DNA of 64,000 nt from IMG/VR virus record IMGVR_UViG_3300022936_000009, positions 2,148-66,147 of that record. One strand, written 5' to 3'. A program made the position numbers and the translations under genes. Source of the DNA: a virus (lineage: Duplodnaviria > Caudoviricetes). The notes under the pieces are model-generated. The model saw nothing but the letters and a program-made list of their open reading frames with translations. It was not told the origin of the DNA and did no database searches. Each line of letters starts with the position of its first letter. Positions within the stretch are counted from its first letter, which is position 1. This document shows, piece after piece, positions 19,176 through 27,745 of this stretch.

Positions 19176-20233
19176 GCCTTGCTCTTTTTCTTCGAGGTCA
19201 ACCGGACCTGAAAGGTGCGGCCGGGGTGCGGCGCGCGGGTGGTGTGTTTCTTGCGGATGAGGGCGATGGCGCCGTCGGCGTCGTCGCAGATGCCGACGAG
19301 CTCGTCGAAGGCGGCCGCGGCGTCAAATTCGTCGCTCGGCTTCTTCGGCGTGTAGACGATGGCGCCGCCGGTCGTCGCGGGGTGCTCGACGCCGTCGTCG
19401 TCGACGCCGCCGTCGGAGGCGGGCCACTTCGCGCCGCGGTGGTCGGCGACGATGGCCTTGATCTGCGCCGCGAGCTCTTTCTTTTGCTCCTCGGCGTGGC
19501 TCTCGATGTCGCGCCAGACGCCGTAGGCGTGGGCGGCTTCGATGAGCGCGGGCGGCGGGTTGGTCATCGGGTCGAGGGTGCCGAAGTAGCAGAGGTCGAC
19601 ACCGCGGCCGACGGCCTCCCAACCGGCGGCGCACTCCTCGGCGTCGGGGACGGTCTTGGTGAGGATGTGCTCACACCAAAACCAGTCGGCGACCTCGCGG
19701 AGCCGCTCGATGAGCATGTCGTTTCGCTCGACCGGGTAGTAGCGGGTCTCCCCGGTGTCGGCGATCCAGAGGACGATCATCGCGCGCGGGAAGCCGGTGA
19801 GGCCGAGGTACCACTGCACCTGCAACAGCTTGTAGAGCGCGGCGCCCGACTCGTCGCCGTCTTCGCCCCACATGATCCCGAGCTGCCGCGACGTCGTCGA
19901 CGTGAATTCCCACAGCATTTCCGGCGCGCCGTCAGCGCCCCACGTCAGGCCGTCCGGGCTGCCAGCGATAAACGGCTGCTCATCGTCGACCCAAAACGTT
20001 TTGGGGACGATGGCGACGCCGTAGGCTTCTTCGGTGTCCAGGCGCAGGCCCTCTTCGACGATGTGGCCGCGTCGGAAGAGCGTGGCCTTTGCCTTCGGCG
20101 TGGCCGGCGAGATGCCGAGCGCGCAGTGCGCAAAGACCTCGTGCATGGAGAGGTAGGGGTGCAGCCCCACCACGGCGCCGATCTGGTGGCCGCCGAGGTA
20201 GGTGCCGCGCGGTAGCGGGTTGTCGCACATCAT
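19172..20233 (-). CDS. YqaJ/lambda-exonuclease-like protein with atypical active site
   Basis: 'R..YLGG..IGAVVGLHPY', 'PFIAGSPDG', 'QVQWYLGLTG'; adjacent to Bet. Confidence 0.85.
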   Translation of the reverse strand: MMCDNPLPRGTYLGGHQIGAVVGLHPYLSMHEVFAHCALGISPATPKAKATLFRRGHIVEEGLRLDTEEAYGVAIVPKTFWVDDEQPFIAGSPDGLTWGADGAPEMLWEFTSTTSRQLGIMWGEDGDESGAALYKLLQVQWYLGLTGFPRAMIVLWIADTGETRYYPVERNDMLIERLREVADWFWCEHILTKTVPDAEECAAGWEAVGRGVDLCYFGTLDPMTNPPPALIEAAHAYGVWRDIESHAEEQKKELAAQIKAIVADHRGAKWPASDGGVDDDGVEHPATTGGAIVYTPKKPSDEFDAAAAFDELVGICDDADGAIALIRKKHTTRAPHPGRTFQVRLTSKKKSKA

Positions 20234-20256
20234 GGGCGTGGTCCTTTGCTGTGTCG

Positions 20257-20293
20257 TTGTCGACACTTTGCCGGACGTTGCCGAAAGATGCAA
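20257..20293 (-). promoter_or_regulatory. Repeat-associated promoter, copy A
   Basis: TTGCAT-N17-CAAAGT with the conserved core CAACGTCCGGCAAAGTGTCGACAA. Confidence 0.75.
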
Positions 20294-20301
20294 GCGAAAC
20301 G

Positions 20302-20964
20302 TCAGAGGGCGGAGCAGTCGAGGGAATCATCGGACTGCGAAGCCATGAGCGCAGCGCAGAACCAGCGCACCGCGTGAACCTGAAAGAGGAAGTGCCGGGA
20401 GAGGCCTTCAACCTCTGGCGGTTCGTCGTCGTCGTAGTCCAGGGCGGCGAGGCGGCTGTAGAATTCGCCGGCGCTGCCGATGTCTTCGTCGTCGAATTCT
20501 TCGATCGCTTCGTCGATGGCGACGACGTCGGCGTCGGTGTCGTCGATGTCTTCGTCGTCGGCGAACATCTCGGCGCGGCGCTCGCGCAGCGTCTCGACGT
20601 AGCGGTCGACAAAAACGCGTTGAAACGTGTGGATGCTGCAGTCCTGCGCGACCTTCTCGCCGACGTAGCCGTACGAGATGCCGATGGGCCGACCCTCGTC
20701 GTCGGCGCCGCGGTTGGTCACCCCGCACAACCACGCGAGCGTGTCCGGTCCGCGATCAAAGATGACCTCGCCGATGTCGCCGGTCACGACGACGACGCGG
20801 CCGACGACGGCAACACGAAACCAACACATCCACGACAGTTCACGATCACGGTTCTTGAAGAGCCAGCGGTCTGGCCCCTCGTTGACGAGATGGAAATTGG
20901 CAAAGGTGTTGTCGGCGTCGGCCGCGGCCTCGGCGGCGAGCTTCTGGCAGTACGGTTTTCCCAT
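20302..20964 (-). CDS. Hypothetical phage protein
   Basis: 220 aa; AGGAG RBS; 'VVVTGDIGEVIF'; acidic C-terminus. Confidence 0.75.
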   Translation of the reverse strand: MGKPYCQKLAAEAAADADNTFANFHLVNEGPDRWLFKNRDRELSWMCWFRVAVVGRVVVVTGDIGEVIFDRGPDTLAWLCGVTNRGADDEGRPIGISYGYVGEKVAQDCSIHTFQRVFVDRYVETLRERRAEMFADDEDIDDTDADVVAIDEAIEEFDDEDIGSAGEFYSRLAALDYDDDEPPEVEGLSRHFLFQVHAVRWFCAALMASQSDDSLDCSAL

Positions 20965-20989
20965 GGTCGTGCTCCTGGGGGTTGGTGTT

Positions 20990-21448
20990 TCAGATGAGGT
21001 GAGGGAGGTCCTGCATGAGGCGGCGGCGCTGCTGGACCTCGGCCGGCGGCGACTTCCAGACGTGGCCGTTGGCCTCGACGATCGTCATCTCGGCCGTGTT
21101 GCATTCGCACGGCGCGCGGTGCGCGGGATCGATCGCGAGGAAGAGATGGCGAGCTCGGCCCGGCTCGTGGTTGTCTTCTTCGGCATCGTTCATGCCGAAG
21201 GCCTTGCGGACGACGGCGACGTCGGCGTCGCTCGGGTGGCCGCCGATGCGCGAGACGGAGACGTGCCAGTGAGGCACGGTGCTTTTGTCGACGGCGCTTT
21301 TCATGCCGTCCATCCCGCTCAACACGCGCAAGCTGCCGAGCCGCCACCACGACGAGACCACTTCGATGCCCTCGCGCACGCGCGGCGACACGTTCGGCGT
21401 CGGCTCTCGTTTCCACATCGCGGTCTTGGGTCGCTTCTCTGTCGTCAT
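20990..21448 (-). CDS. Hypothetical phage protein
   Basis: 'HWHVSVSR..GHPSD', 'ARHLF' His-rich motifs. Confidence 0.7.
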   Translation of the reverse strand: MTTEKRPKTAMWKREPTPNVSPRVREGIEVVSSWWRLGSLRVLSGMDGMKSAVDKSTVPHWHVSVSRIGGHPSDADVAVVRKAFGMNDAEEDNHEPGRARHLFLAIDPAHRAPCECNTAEMTIVEANGHVWKSPPAEVQQRRRLMQDLPHLI

Positions 21449-21789
21449 CGTTGGGCCTCTCTCAACCACGGCGGCGCTTCCATGTCTGCACCGCGAATGA
21501 AGTTCACGCCGTCGGCGGTGAAGCGCCAGCCGCAGACGTCGCCACGGCGGTTGCGCACCTCTTCGAGGACGCCAAAGAGGACCATCTGCCCGCAGACGCG
21601 CCGTCGCGTGTCGAGGTCGGCGAGCTCGTGCACGCGACCCGCCGCGTGAGCGCGAGCGGCATAGACGTCGATGGCGGCGTCGAGGACCTCGACGCTTGCC
21701 TCCCTGCCGACCTCGGCCATGTGGCAGAGCATCAAGATCGCCAGGCGGTCTTTGCCCGACGTGAGGAAATCGAAGACGTCGACGCTCAT
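21445..21789 (-). CDS. Hypothetical protein, possibly winged-helix
   Basis: MSVDVFDFL...; coupled to the AlkB stop. Confidence 0.6.
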   Translation of the reverse strand: MSVDVFDFLTSGKDRLAILMLCHMAEVGREASVEVLDAAIDVYAARAHAAGRVHELADLDTRRRVCGQMVLFGVLEEVRNRRGDVCGWRFTADGVNFIRGADMEAPPWLREAQR

Positions 21790-22409
21790 CGCTTGACCTT
21801 GCGGAAGGTGAGGTTGATCCGCTGCATCCCCGTCAACGGCGACGTCAATGTCGGCAGCAGCTTTTTGATCCCGTGGAAGAGGTGCCGCGAGCGGCCGCCC
21901 TGCACGAGGAGGTCGCCCGACGACAACACGATCGGCGTGGTCTTGTCCTCGCGCTCCTCGCCGCCGATGAGGAACACCGCATCGGCGCCGATGGAGAGGG
22001 AGACGATCGGCGCGTCGAGATCCTCCTCGGTGCGGTCGATGTGGAGGCCGAGCGAGCCGCTCTCGTCGTAGTGGTTGATCAGCAAGCTGTCGGGCGTCAT
22101 CGGCGTGTGACCGACGCGGGCGAGGCCGCGCGCGCAGATGTCGAGCAGCTCGGCGGGGATCGCCGGCCACGGCTGCCCCGTCGTCGGGTGCTTGTCGATG
22201 TAGCGGTAGCCGCCGACGTCGGCCCACCAGCCCCACGCGCCCGCGCTGGCGACCTTGAGCTTGAGGGGCTGCCCCGACGCCGTCGACGGCACGCGCAGCG
22301 GCGCGGCCCTGCAGATGCCGCGCACGAGATCGATCACGGCGGCGACTTCGGCGCCGTCGAGGAAGCCGGGGACGTGGTGAAGGCCGATCGCCTCGTGCGC
22401 GCTCTTCAC
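21786..22409 (-). CDS. alkB: AlkB family Fe(II)/2-oxoglutarate dioxygenase
   Basis: 'PDSLLINHY...LGLHID..E.DLDAPIVSLSIG...F..GG', 'HGI', 'RINLTFR': HxD...H triad and 2OG-binding Arg residues intact. Confidence 0.93.
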   Translation of the reverse strand: MKSAHEAIGLHHVPGFLDGAEVAAVIDLVRGICRAAPLRVPSTASGQPLKLKVASAGAWGWWADVGGYRYIDKHPTTGQPWPAIPAELLDICARGLARVGHTPMTPDSLLINHYDESGSLGLHIDRTEEDLDAPIVSLSIGADAVFLIGGEEREDKTTPIVLSSGDLLVQGGRSRHLFHGIKKLLPTLTSPLTGMQRINLTFRKVKR

Positions 22410-22606
22410 GGCGTCACCTTGCAATAGGCTTCGCTCTCGACCCAGCACCGGCGCGTGCCGTGGCCGTCGTCAGTGCAGATCTCGACATCACGCCAATGGC
22501 GGTTGCAGCCCTGCGGATCACGTTCACACCCGGACCGCGAACCGGTGGCGCAGACCAGCACGAGGACGATGATCACAATGAAAATGTCGGAGTCGCCAGG
22601 CATCAC
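22406..22606 (-). CDS. Small Cys-rich secreted or membrane peptide
   Basis: N-terminal hydrophobic stretch, several Cys, overlaps both neighbours. Confidence 0.5.
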   Translation of the reverse strand: MMPGDSDIFIVIIVLVLVCATGSRSGCERDPQGCNRHWRDVEICTDDGHGTRRCWVESEAYCKVTP

Positions 22607-22905
22607 GACCTCGTCCGGCGGCCGGCTTTGCGCGCTTTCTTCGTGCGCTTGCGTTCTTCGCGCTTCGCTTTCGACGGACCAGGCAGTGGCATCGAGGGCC
22701 GTCGATATTCGACGCCGTCAAAGACCATCAACGGAACCGTCGCTGCGAGCAACGCGCGATGTCGCGCGAGCGACGCCGAGGCGGAGGGTCGGGGCTTGTC
22801 GTCGAAGATCCACGCCTTGCACTTTCTGCAGGTCGGATACTTCGTCGACGAGTCGAAGGGGTTTTCTGGCTCGGGAAGGGAGCAGGTGCAGCCTTGGGTC
22901 ATCAC
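22603..22905 (-). CDS. Small Cys-containing basic protein
   Basis: CxC and CxxC motifs; overlaps both neighbours. Confidence 0.55.
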   Translation of the reverse strand: MMTQGCTCSLPEPENPFDSSTKYPTCRKCKAWIFDDKPRPSASASLARHRALLAATVPLMVFDGVEYRRPSMPLPGPSKAKREERKRTKKARKAGRRTRS

Positions 22906-24803
22906 GCGGCCTCGTTGATTTTGTGTTGCGGCAGGTTCGCCGACACGAGCGCCGCCGCCATCTGCGGAACGACGCTGTTGCCGATCATGCGGATCTGCGC
23001 GGTCTTCGAGAGCTTGCCGTCGAGCTCAAGATCGTAGTCGACGGGGAAGCCTTGCGCGGTCGCGAGCTCGCGCGCGGTGAGCATCCTCATGCCGATGTCG
23101 ATGATGACGTGGTCGACGCCGTCGACGGTGACGAGGCCGAAGCGGTCGCGCGTCGTGACCGTCGACATCGGCGTGTCGAGGGTCTGCCCCGCTTTCTCGT
23201 TGCCGAAGTAGCGGATCAGGAAGGCGCGCACTTCGCCGATGTGCGTGCCGCCGGCGGTGACGGTGGGCATGGGGCCGTCGACGTCGACGCCGTCGCAGTT
23301 GTTGCGCAGCACCACGAGCGACGACGCTGCCGCCTCGGGGAACACCGGGCAGATGCAATCCCCCTGCTGAAACCCGGCGGAGGCCGCGCACGTCGGGCAC
23401 GGCGTCGGGGTGTCGTCTTCGCCTTCCTCTTCGATGACCCTTTCGTCGTACTGCGCGACGCGGTTGAAGAAGCGCAGGTCTCGCTTGGCGGCGCGGGTGT
23501 CGTCGTCGTCGTCGTCGCTGTCGAGGAGATGCTCGGGGTGCGGCGGGAAGTGGTCGACGTCGTCGTTGTCGGCGTATTCCTCGGGGTCAAAAGCGCCCTC
23601 ACCGACGGCCGCGATGTCGTCGCTCGTGCCGCGCGTCGGCCGCTTCGGCGGCGACGGCGCAAGCTCGGCGGTGACGAGCGCGTGGTGATCGACGGTGGTG
23701 ACGGTCGAGACAGGGCCGTCCAGGGGAACGCCGGGGCCCGTGTAGCCGCCGCCGTAGTGCTTCGCGAGGAAGGCGGCGACGACGGCGTGTTTGGCGCCAC
23801 CGGCGACGACGGTGCCGAGCGGCGCGCGGATGTCGAGCGACCGCGGCGCCTGCCCCTCGCGTTCGCCGTAGCCGGTCTGGATGAGCGTGGGCGCGATGAG
23901 CGCGAATTCTCCCCGGTGAGCGGTGGTGATGGTGCGCAGCGGCTCGTCGATGTCGTGGACGCGCGGGGCGCCGCTGTGCGTGATCGGAACGATGAAGGGG
24001 CGAGGGTTGTCGACGACAAAGCGTTGGATGCCGCGCGCGATGCGGGCAAGCGTCTTGTCGGCCAACGGCCGTTTGCGGCCGAAGATGGACGGGCAAGGGA
24101 TCGAGAAATCGATGCACTCGGCAGCGGTGCGGTACGGCAGCAGCACCTTGGCAGGAGGCGCGAAGAGGTCGCGCACGCGCGGCTCGTCGACCTTCGGCCC
24201 GTGCGTCGCCGCCGGCCACACGACAGGCTTTCCATCTCGGCGCGCGATCACGAAAAGGCGTTTTCTCGACGTCGGCGCGCCGTAGTCGCAGGCCTTGAGC
24301 TCGCGCCATTCGACGACGTAGCCGAGGCCTTTGAGGCGGCCGACCAGTTGCTTGAACGTGAGGCCCTTCTTTTTCGGATCGGGGGTGCCGTCTTCCAACA
24401 AGGGCCCCCACGTTTGGAATTCCTCGACGTTCTCAATGATGATGACCCAGGGCAGCACGAGCTTGGCCCACCACACGGTGACCCACGCCAGCGCGCGCAC
24501 GCCCTTCTCGACGGGCTTGCCGCCCTTGGCCTTGCTGAAATGCTTGCAGTCGGGGCTCGCCCACAACAAATCCACGCCGCCGATGTCGGCGACGTCGGTC
24601 GGGTTCACCTTCCAAACGCTTTCGCAGAAGTGCTTGCTCTGCGGGTGATTCGCGCTGTGCATCGCGATCGCTTCCTCGTCGTGGTTGATCGCCACGTCGG
24701 GGTGTCTGCCGAGCGCGAGAAAGATGCCCGTCGAGGCACCGCCGCCACCGGCGAAGCTGTCGACGATGAGGCCCGTGCGCTTCTGTGCGGTCTGTGTCGT
24801 CAT
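22902..24803 (-). CDS. DNA (cytosine-5)-methyltransferase
   Basis: Motif I 'DSFAGGGG', catalytic 'SPDCKHFS', motif VI 'ENVEEF', motif VIII 'R.RLFVIAR', motif X 'IGNSV.P'. Confidence 0.95.
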   Translation of the reverse strand: MTTQTAQKRTGLIVDSFAGGGGASTGIFLALGRHPDVAINHDEEAIAMHSANHPQSKHFCESVWKVNPTDVADIGGVDLLWASPDCKHFSKAKGGKPVEKGVRALAWVTVWWAKLVLPWVIIIENVEEFQTWGPLLEDGTPDPKKKGLTFKQLVGRLKGLGYVVEWRELKACDYGAPTSRKRLFVIARRDGKPVVWPAATHGPKVDEPRVRDLFAPPAKVLLPYRTAAECIDFSIPCPSIFGRKRPLADKTLARIARGIQRFVVDNPRPFIVPITHSGAPRVHDIDEPLRTITTAHRGEFALIAPTLIQTGYGEREGQAPRSLDIRAPLGTVVAGGAKHAVVAAFLAKHYGGGYTGPGVPLDGPVSTVTTVDHHALVTAELAPSPPKRPTRGTSDDIAAVGEGAFDPEEYADNDDVDHFPPHPEHLLDSDDDDDDTRAAKRDLRFFNRVAQYDERVIEEEGEDDTPTPCPTCAASAGFQQGDCICPVFPEAAASSLVVLRNNCDGVDVDGPMPTVTAGGTHIGEVRAFLIRYFGNEKAGQTLDTPMSTVTTRDRFGLVTVDGVDHVIIDIGMRMLTARELATAQGFPVDYDLELDGKLSKTAQIRMIGNSVVPQMAAALVSANLPQHKINEAA

Positions 24804-24805
24804 GC

Positions 24806-25207
24806 TCAAGCCCCGATCTTGAAAGTCGCGGTGGTGCCGCCGCAGGTGCGGCAGGTGATCTTCGCCGTGCCGCTCGCGACGGACACACCGGCGACGGTCT
24901 CGCCGCTGCCGAGGCAGTCGCCGCAGATGCTCGTCGTCGCCGACCACAGCTTTCGAGCGTCGGCGGCCTCGGCGCGCGACGTCATGACCTCGAAGCGCGG
25001 GCGCTTCTTCGTCTTGAAAGTGACCTTCACGGCGCCGGTCGGCTGGACCTTGCCGTTGACCTTCGCGAGGATCGACTCAAGGGCCACGACGGCGTCGTCG
25101 GCGTCGACGTCGGCACCGGCCTTGTTGCGGGCGGCGACTTCGATCCAGCCATAGGGGCAGGTGCGGGGGTCGAGGAGGGCCGTCGCGGTCGTGCTCGCGG
25201 CGGTCAA
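24806..25207 (-). CDS. Hypothetical protein with C-terminal CxxC...CxxC zinc ribbon
   Basis: Probable TTG start overlapping the upstream stop; 'CGDC...CRTC'. Confidence 0.55.
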   Translation of the reverse strand: MTAASTTATALLDPRTCPYGWIEVAARNKAGADVDADDAVVALESILAKVNGKVQPTGAVKVTFKTKKRPRFEVMTSRAEAADARKLWSATTSICGDCLGSGETVAGVSVASGTAKITCRTCGGTTATFKIGA

Positions 25208-25470
25208 CCGACACCGCCAGCAGCCTGCTCGGCGGGGGCGGTCGGTTTCGTCTTCGGCGGCGGCGCGTTGCCGCTGCGGATGTACTGCTGCAGCGAGCTT
25301 TCGAGCAGCATCCAGCCTCGGCGGCCTTTGAGGTTCTTGCCGGCGATGCGGCCCGCGCGCAGCTCGGCCTTGAGGAAGCGCGCCGTCAAGCCGCACAGCT
25401 TGTGCGCCTCGTCGGCGGAGATGAAGCGGTCCGGCACTGCCGGCGGCTTCTCGGTCTTTTTCGTGGCCAT
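25204..25470 (-). CDS. Excisionase-like HTH DNA-binding protein
   Basis: 'FISADEAHKLCGLTARFLKAELRAGRIAGKN...GWML..SSLQQYI'; GAGGG RBS. Confidence 0.75.
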   Translation of the reverse strand: MATKKTEKPPAVPDRFISADEAHKLCGLTARFLKAELRAGRIAGKNLKGRRGWMLLESSLQQYIRSGNAPPPKTKPTAPAEQAAGGVG

Positions 25471-25518
25471 GTCGCCCTCTTGGTGTGTTGTTGCTGTGCT
25501 GTTGTCGGTGCTTTGCTG

Positions 25519-25563
25519 ACCATACGACCTCGGCCCGGCAGCGCAAGGGAAACCGGGCCGAGG
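25519..25563 (-). promoter_or_regulatory. 11-bp-stem hairpin overlapping a candidate promoter for the HTH gene
   Basis: CCTCGGCCCGG/CCGGGCCGAGG inverted repeat; TTGCGC-N16-TATGGT on the minus strand; CA-rich leader follows. Confidence 0.45.
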
Positions 25564-25568
25564 CGCCG

Positions 25569-26126
25569 TCAGTGCACGAGCTTCTCGGGGTTGGTGATGA
25601 GGTCGGCGACGCTGCGGCCGGTCTCGCGGGCGATCTTGCAGATCGGGCAGTTGTCGGCGTCGAATTCCACGCCGCACGGTTCGGGGGCGGGCCGCTCCTG
25701 AAAGGTGCGCGCGGCGACGGCAACGGCGTCGTCGACGGCGAGGGCGCCCGTCGTCTTGCAGGCCGTGCAACGGAACATGACCCCGCCGGCAGCAAGCCGC
25801 GCCTGCAGCGCGCTGTCGTCGTCGGCGCAGTCGTCGCACAGCGCGCCAGGCACGCGCTCGCCTTCGATGAGCGGGCGGATGATCCCCGGCTGCACCGCCT
25901 TGCACTTCGTGCAGTCCTTGGCCGCGGCCACGGTCGGGTCGACGCCGATCACGAGCGGCTCGGTGAGGCCGTAGCGCATCGACTGGCAGGTGCTGCAGGT
26001 CCACACGGCGTTTCGGTTGCCGATGTCGACGTGCGTCGGGTTGTTGCTCGGCCCCGAGCAGGCGGGGCAGAAGCAGGGGCGGGGGTTGAGGCCGAGGCGA
26101 GGGTGCATCACGAGACGGTCGACCAT
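25569..26126 (-). CDS. Multi-CxxC zinc-ribbon protein
   Basis: Six CxxC pairs in 185 aa; GAAGGA RBS. Confidence 0.7.
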   Translation of the reverse strand: MVDRLVMHPRLGLNPRPCFCPACSGPSNNPTHVDIGNRNAVWTCSTCQSMRYGLTEPLVIGVDPTVAAAKDCTKCKAVQPGIIRPLIEGERVPGALCDDCADDDSALQARLAAGGVMFRCTACKTTGALAVDDAVAVAARTFQERPAPEPCGVEFDADNCPICKIARETGRSVADLITNPEKLVH

Positions 26127-26824
26127 GGGGCGGTTCCTTCCTGATTCGGTTCGTAGCGGGCGGGCTTGTCGTCGCCGTCGAGGCGGCCCCACGCGCCCCA
26201 CCCTGGACGGCGGGCGCGCGAGAAGAGCTCGACGGCATCGATGGGGGCGGCGCGCAGGCTGCCGGCGGCGATGGCTTCGATGCGGCGCCAGGCCGCCTGC
26301 GGCTTCGTCGAATGCGCGCCCTCGCGGTCACTGTAGATGATGGACCGCTGTCGGTTGCGGGTCTGCGGGACGCGGATGGTGGGGGCGTCGCCTCGTCGAC
26401 AGAGGAACAAAAATTCATGTTCCACGCGGACCCACTGCCCCTGCCCGAGCTTCTGCACCGGCTTAAAAAGGCCCTCGTCGGTGAGGTCGAGCTCGGCCTC
26501 GACGCCGTCGGGCAGCGTGACGTCGAGGTTGTCGACCGCCGTGACCTTCGCCCACACCAACGACGAGCAGATGCGCAGGTTGAGGCGGTTGGCGAGGGCG
26601 TGGGCGTCGCCGTCGCAGACGGCGAGCGTCGTTGCCCACATGAAACCAAGCATCGGCTCCACGTCGTTCCAGACCGGCGACATACGGATCACCTTCGAGA
26701 TGCCGTCGACGTCGAGGGTTTCATATTGCGCGTTGGCGCCCTTGCCGCCGCCGCCGTCGTCGGCGTTCCAGTTGGGATCGAAGACGCGCACGAGAGGTTG
26801 TCGGGTGGGGATGAGGTCGCTCAT
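26108..26824 (-). CDS. MT-A70 family (N6-adenine) methyltransferase
   Basis: 'DPNW', 'FMWAT', 'LVWAK', 'G.G.W.R..HEFLFLCRRG', 'HSTKP', 'VELFSR..RPGW..WG'. Confidence 0.85.
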   Translation of the reverse strand: MSDLIPTRQPLVRVFDPNWNADDGGGGKGANAQYETLDVDGISKVIRMSPVWNDVEPMLGFMWATTLAVCDGDAHALANRLNLRICSSLVWAKVTAVDNLDVTLPDGVEAELDLTDEGLFKPVQKLGQGQWVRVEHEFLFLCRRGDAPTIRVPQTRNRQRSIIYSDREGAHSTKPQAAWRRIEAIAAGSLRAAPIDAVELFSRARRPGWGAWGRLDGDDKPARYEPNQEGTAPWSTVS

Positions 26825-27471
26825 CGCGAGGCCTCGACGATCGCGGCGACGACGGGATCGTGGTGGCCTGCGCGTCCTGCGGTGATCGTGCGCCGGCGGA
26901 TGGCGGCCATGAGCGCCGCGGCCGGCACGTTCCCGAGCTCGTCGAAGGCGCGGGCGACAGCGTCGTCGGCCGCCTTCGCCTTCTCCTCTTCGTCGATGGA
27001 GGCGCAGCAGATCGCCGCCCACGCCCGGACATCGGCGGGCAGGGCGCGGATGTAGCGTTCAACGTCGTCAAAGCTGACGTCGGCAACGGGTACGGTCGGG
27101 GCGGAGATGCTGGCATCGAGGACCATGGCGGGGGCTTTCTCGGCGACGACGCCGGCGGCGATGAGGTTGAGGCGCGTGGTGCTGTAGTTGGTGCGGACCT
27201 GGACGAGCTGCACGCCTGCAGCCTTGGCAGCGTCGCGGGCGTGGTGGCTCTCGTTGTGTGAGGTCATGTCGGAATTGAGCAGGACGAGGTCGACGTGCTT
27301 GGGGATGCGCTGGCCGGCGAAAAGGTCGGCGGCGACGACGTCGACGACGATGCCGTCGGCGTCGAGCTTTTCGCGCAGGCGCGCGAGCGTCGCGCCGGGT
27401 GGTCCGCCGATCCACATCGCGCGGCGCTTGGTCGTTTCGGTGGCGGTCGTGGCTTTTGCTGTCTGGTTCAT
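26821..27471 (-). CDS. DUF2325-like (flavodoxin-like) domain protein
   Basis: 'WIGG...LREKL...G', 'DLVLL.SD.TSH..SHHARDAAKAAGVQLV' resembles DUF2325. Confidence 0.55.
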   Translation of the reverse strand: MNQTAKATTATETTKRRAMWIGGPPGATLARLREKLDADGIVVDVVAADLFAGQRIPKHVDLVLLNSDMTSHNESHHARDAAKAAGVQLVQVRTNYSTTRLNLIAAGVVAEKAPAMVLDASISAPTVPVADVSFDDVERYIRALPADVRAWAAICCASIDEEEKAKAADDAVARAFDELGNVPAAALMAAIRRRTITAGRAGHHDPVVAAIVEASR

Positions 27472-27745
27472 TTTTGGATCTCCTGCATTTTGCAAAGGTG
27501 CTTCTCCTCTCACACTCTCCTCTACTCCAAAGAGTGTGCTTTTCTGATCCGTTGGACGAAGCCGAGAATCAGATGATCGAGCTATGAGCAGCGGCTGCAC
27601 CGATTCTTTCGCCCCTCTGGCGGACCGAAAGCAAGGTCATCGACAAACGGCATGACGATCTTGAGCAATGACTTTGCTTCAACCGGTCGCCGTCGCGTTC
27701 GGGCCACGCCGACGACGACGGCGAAACGCCGCACGGTGCGCGTGT
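27472..27745 (-). other. Lower-GC, structured non-coding leader
   Basis: Several inverted repeats: AGCAAAGTCAT/ATGACCTTGCT, TCTGATTC/GGATCAGA, CACACTCT/AGAGTGTG. Confidence 0.5.
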
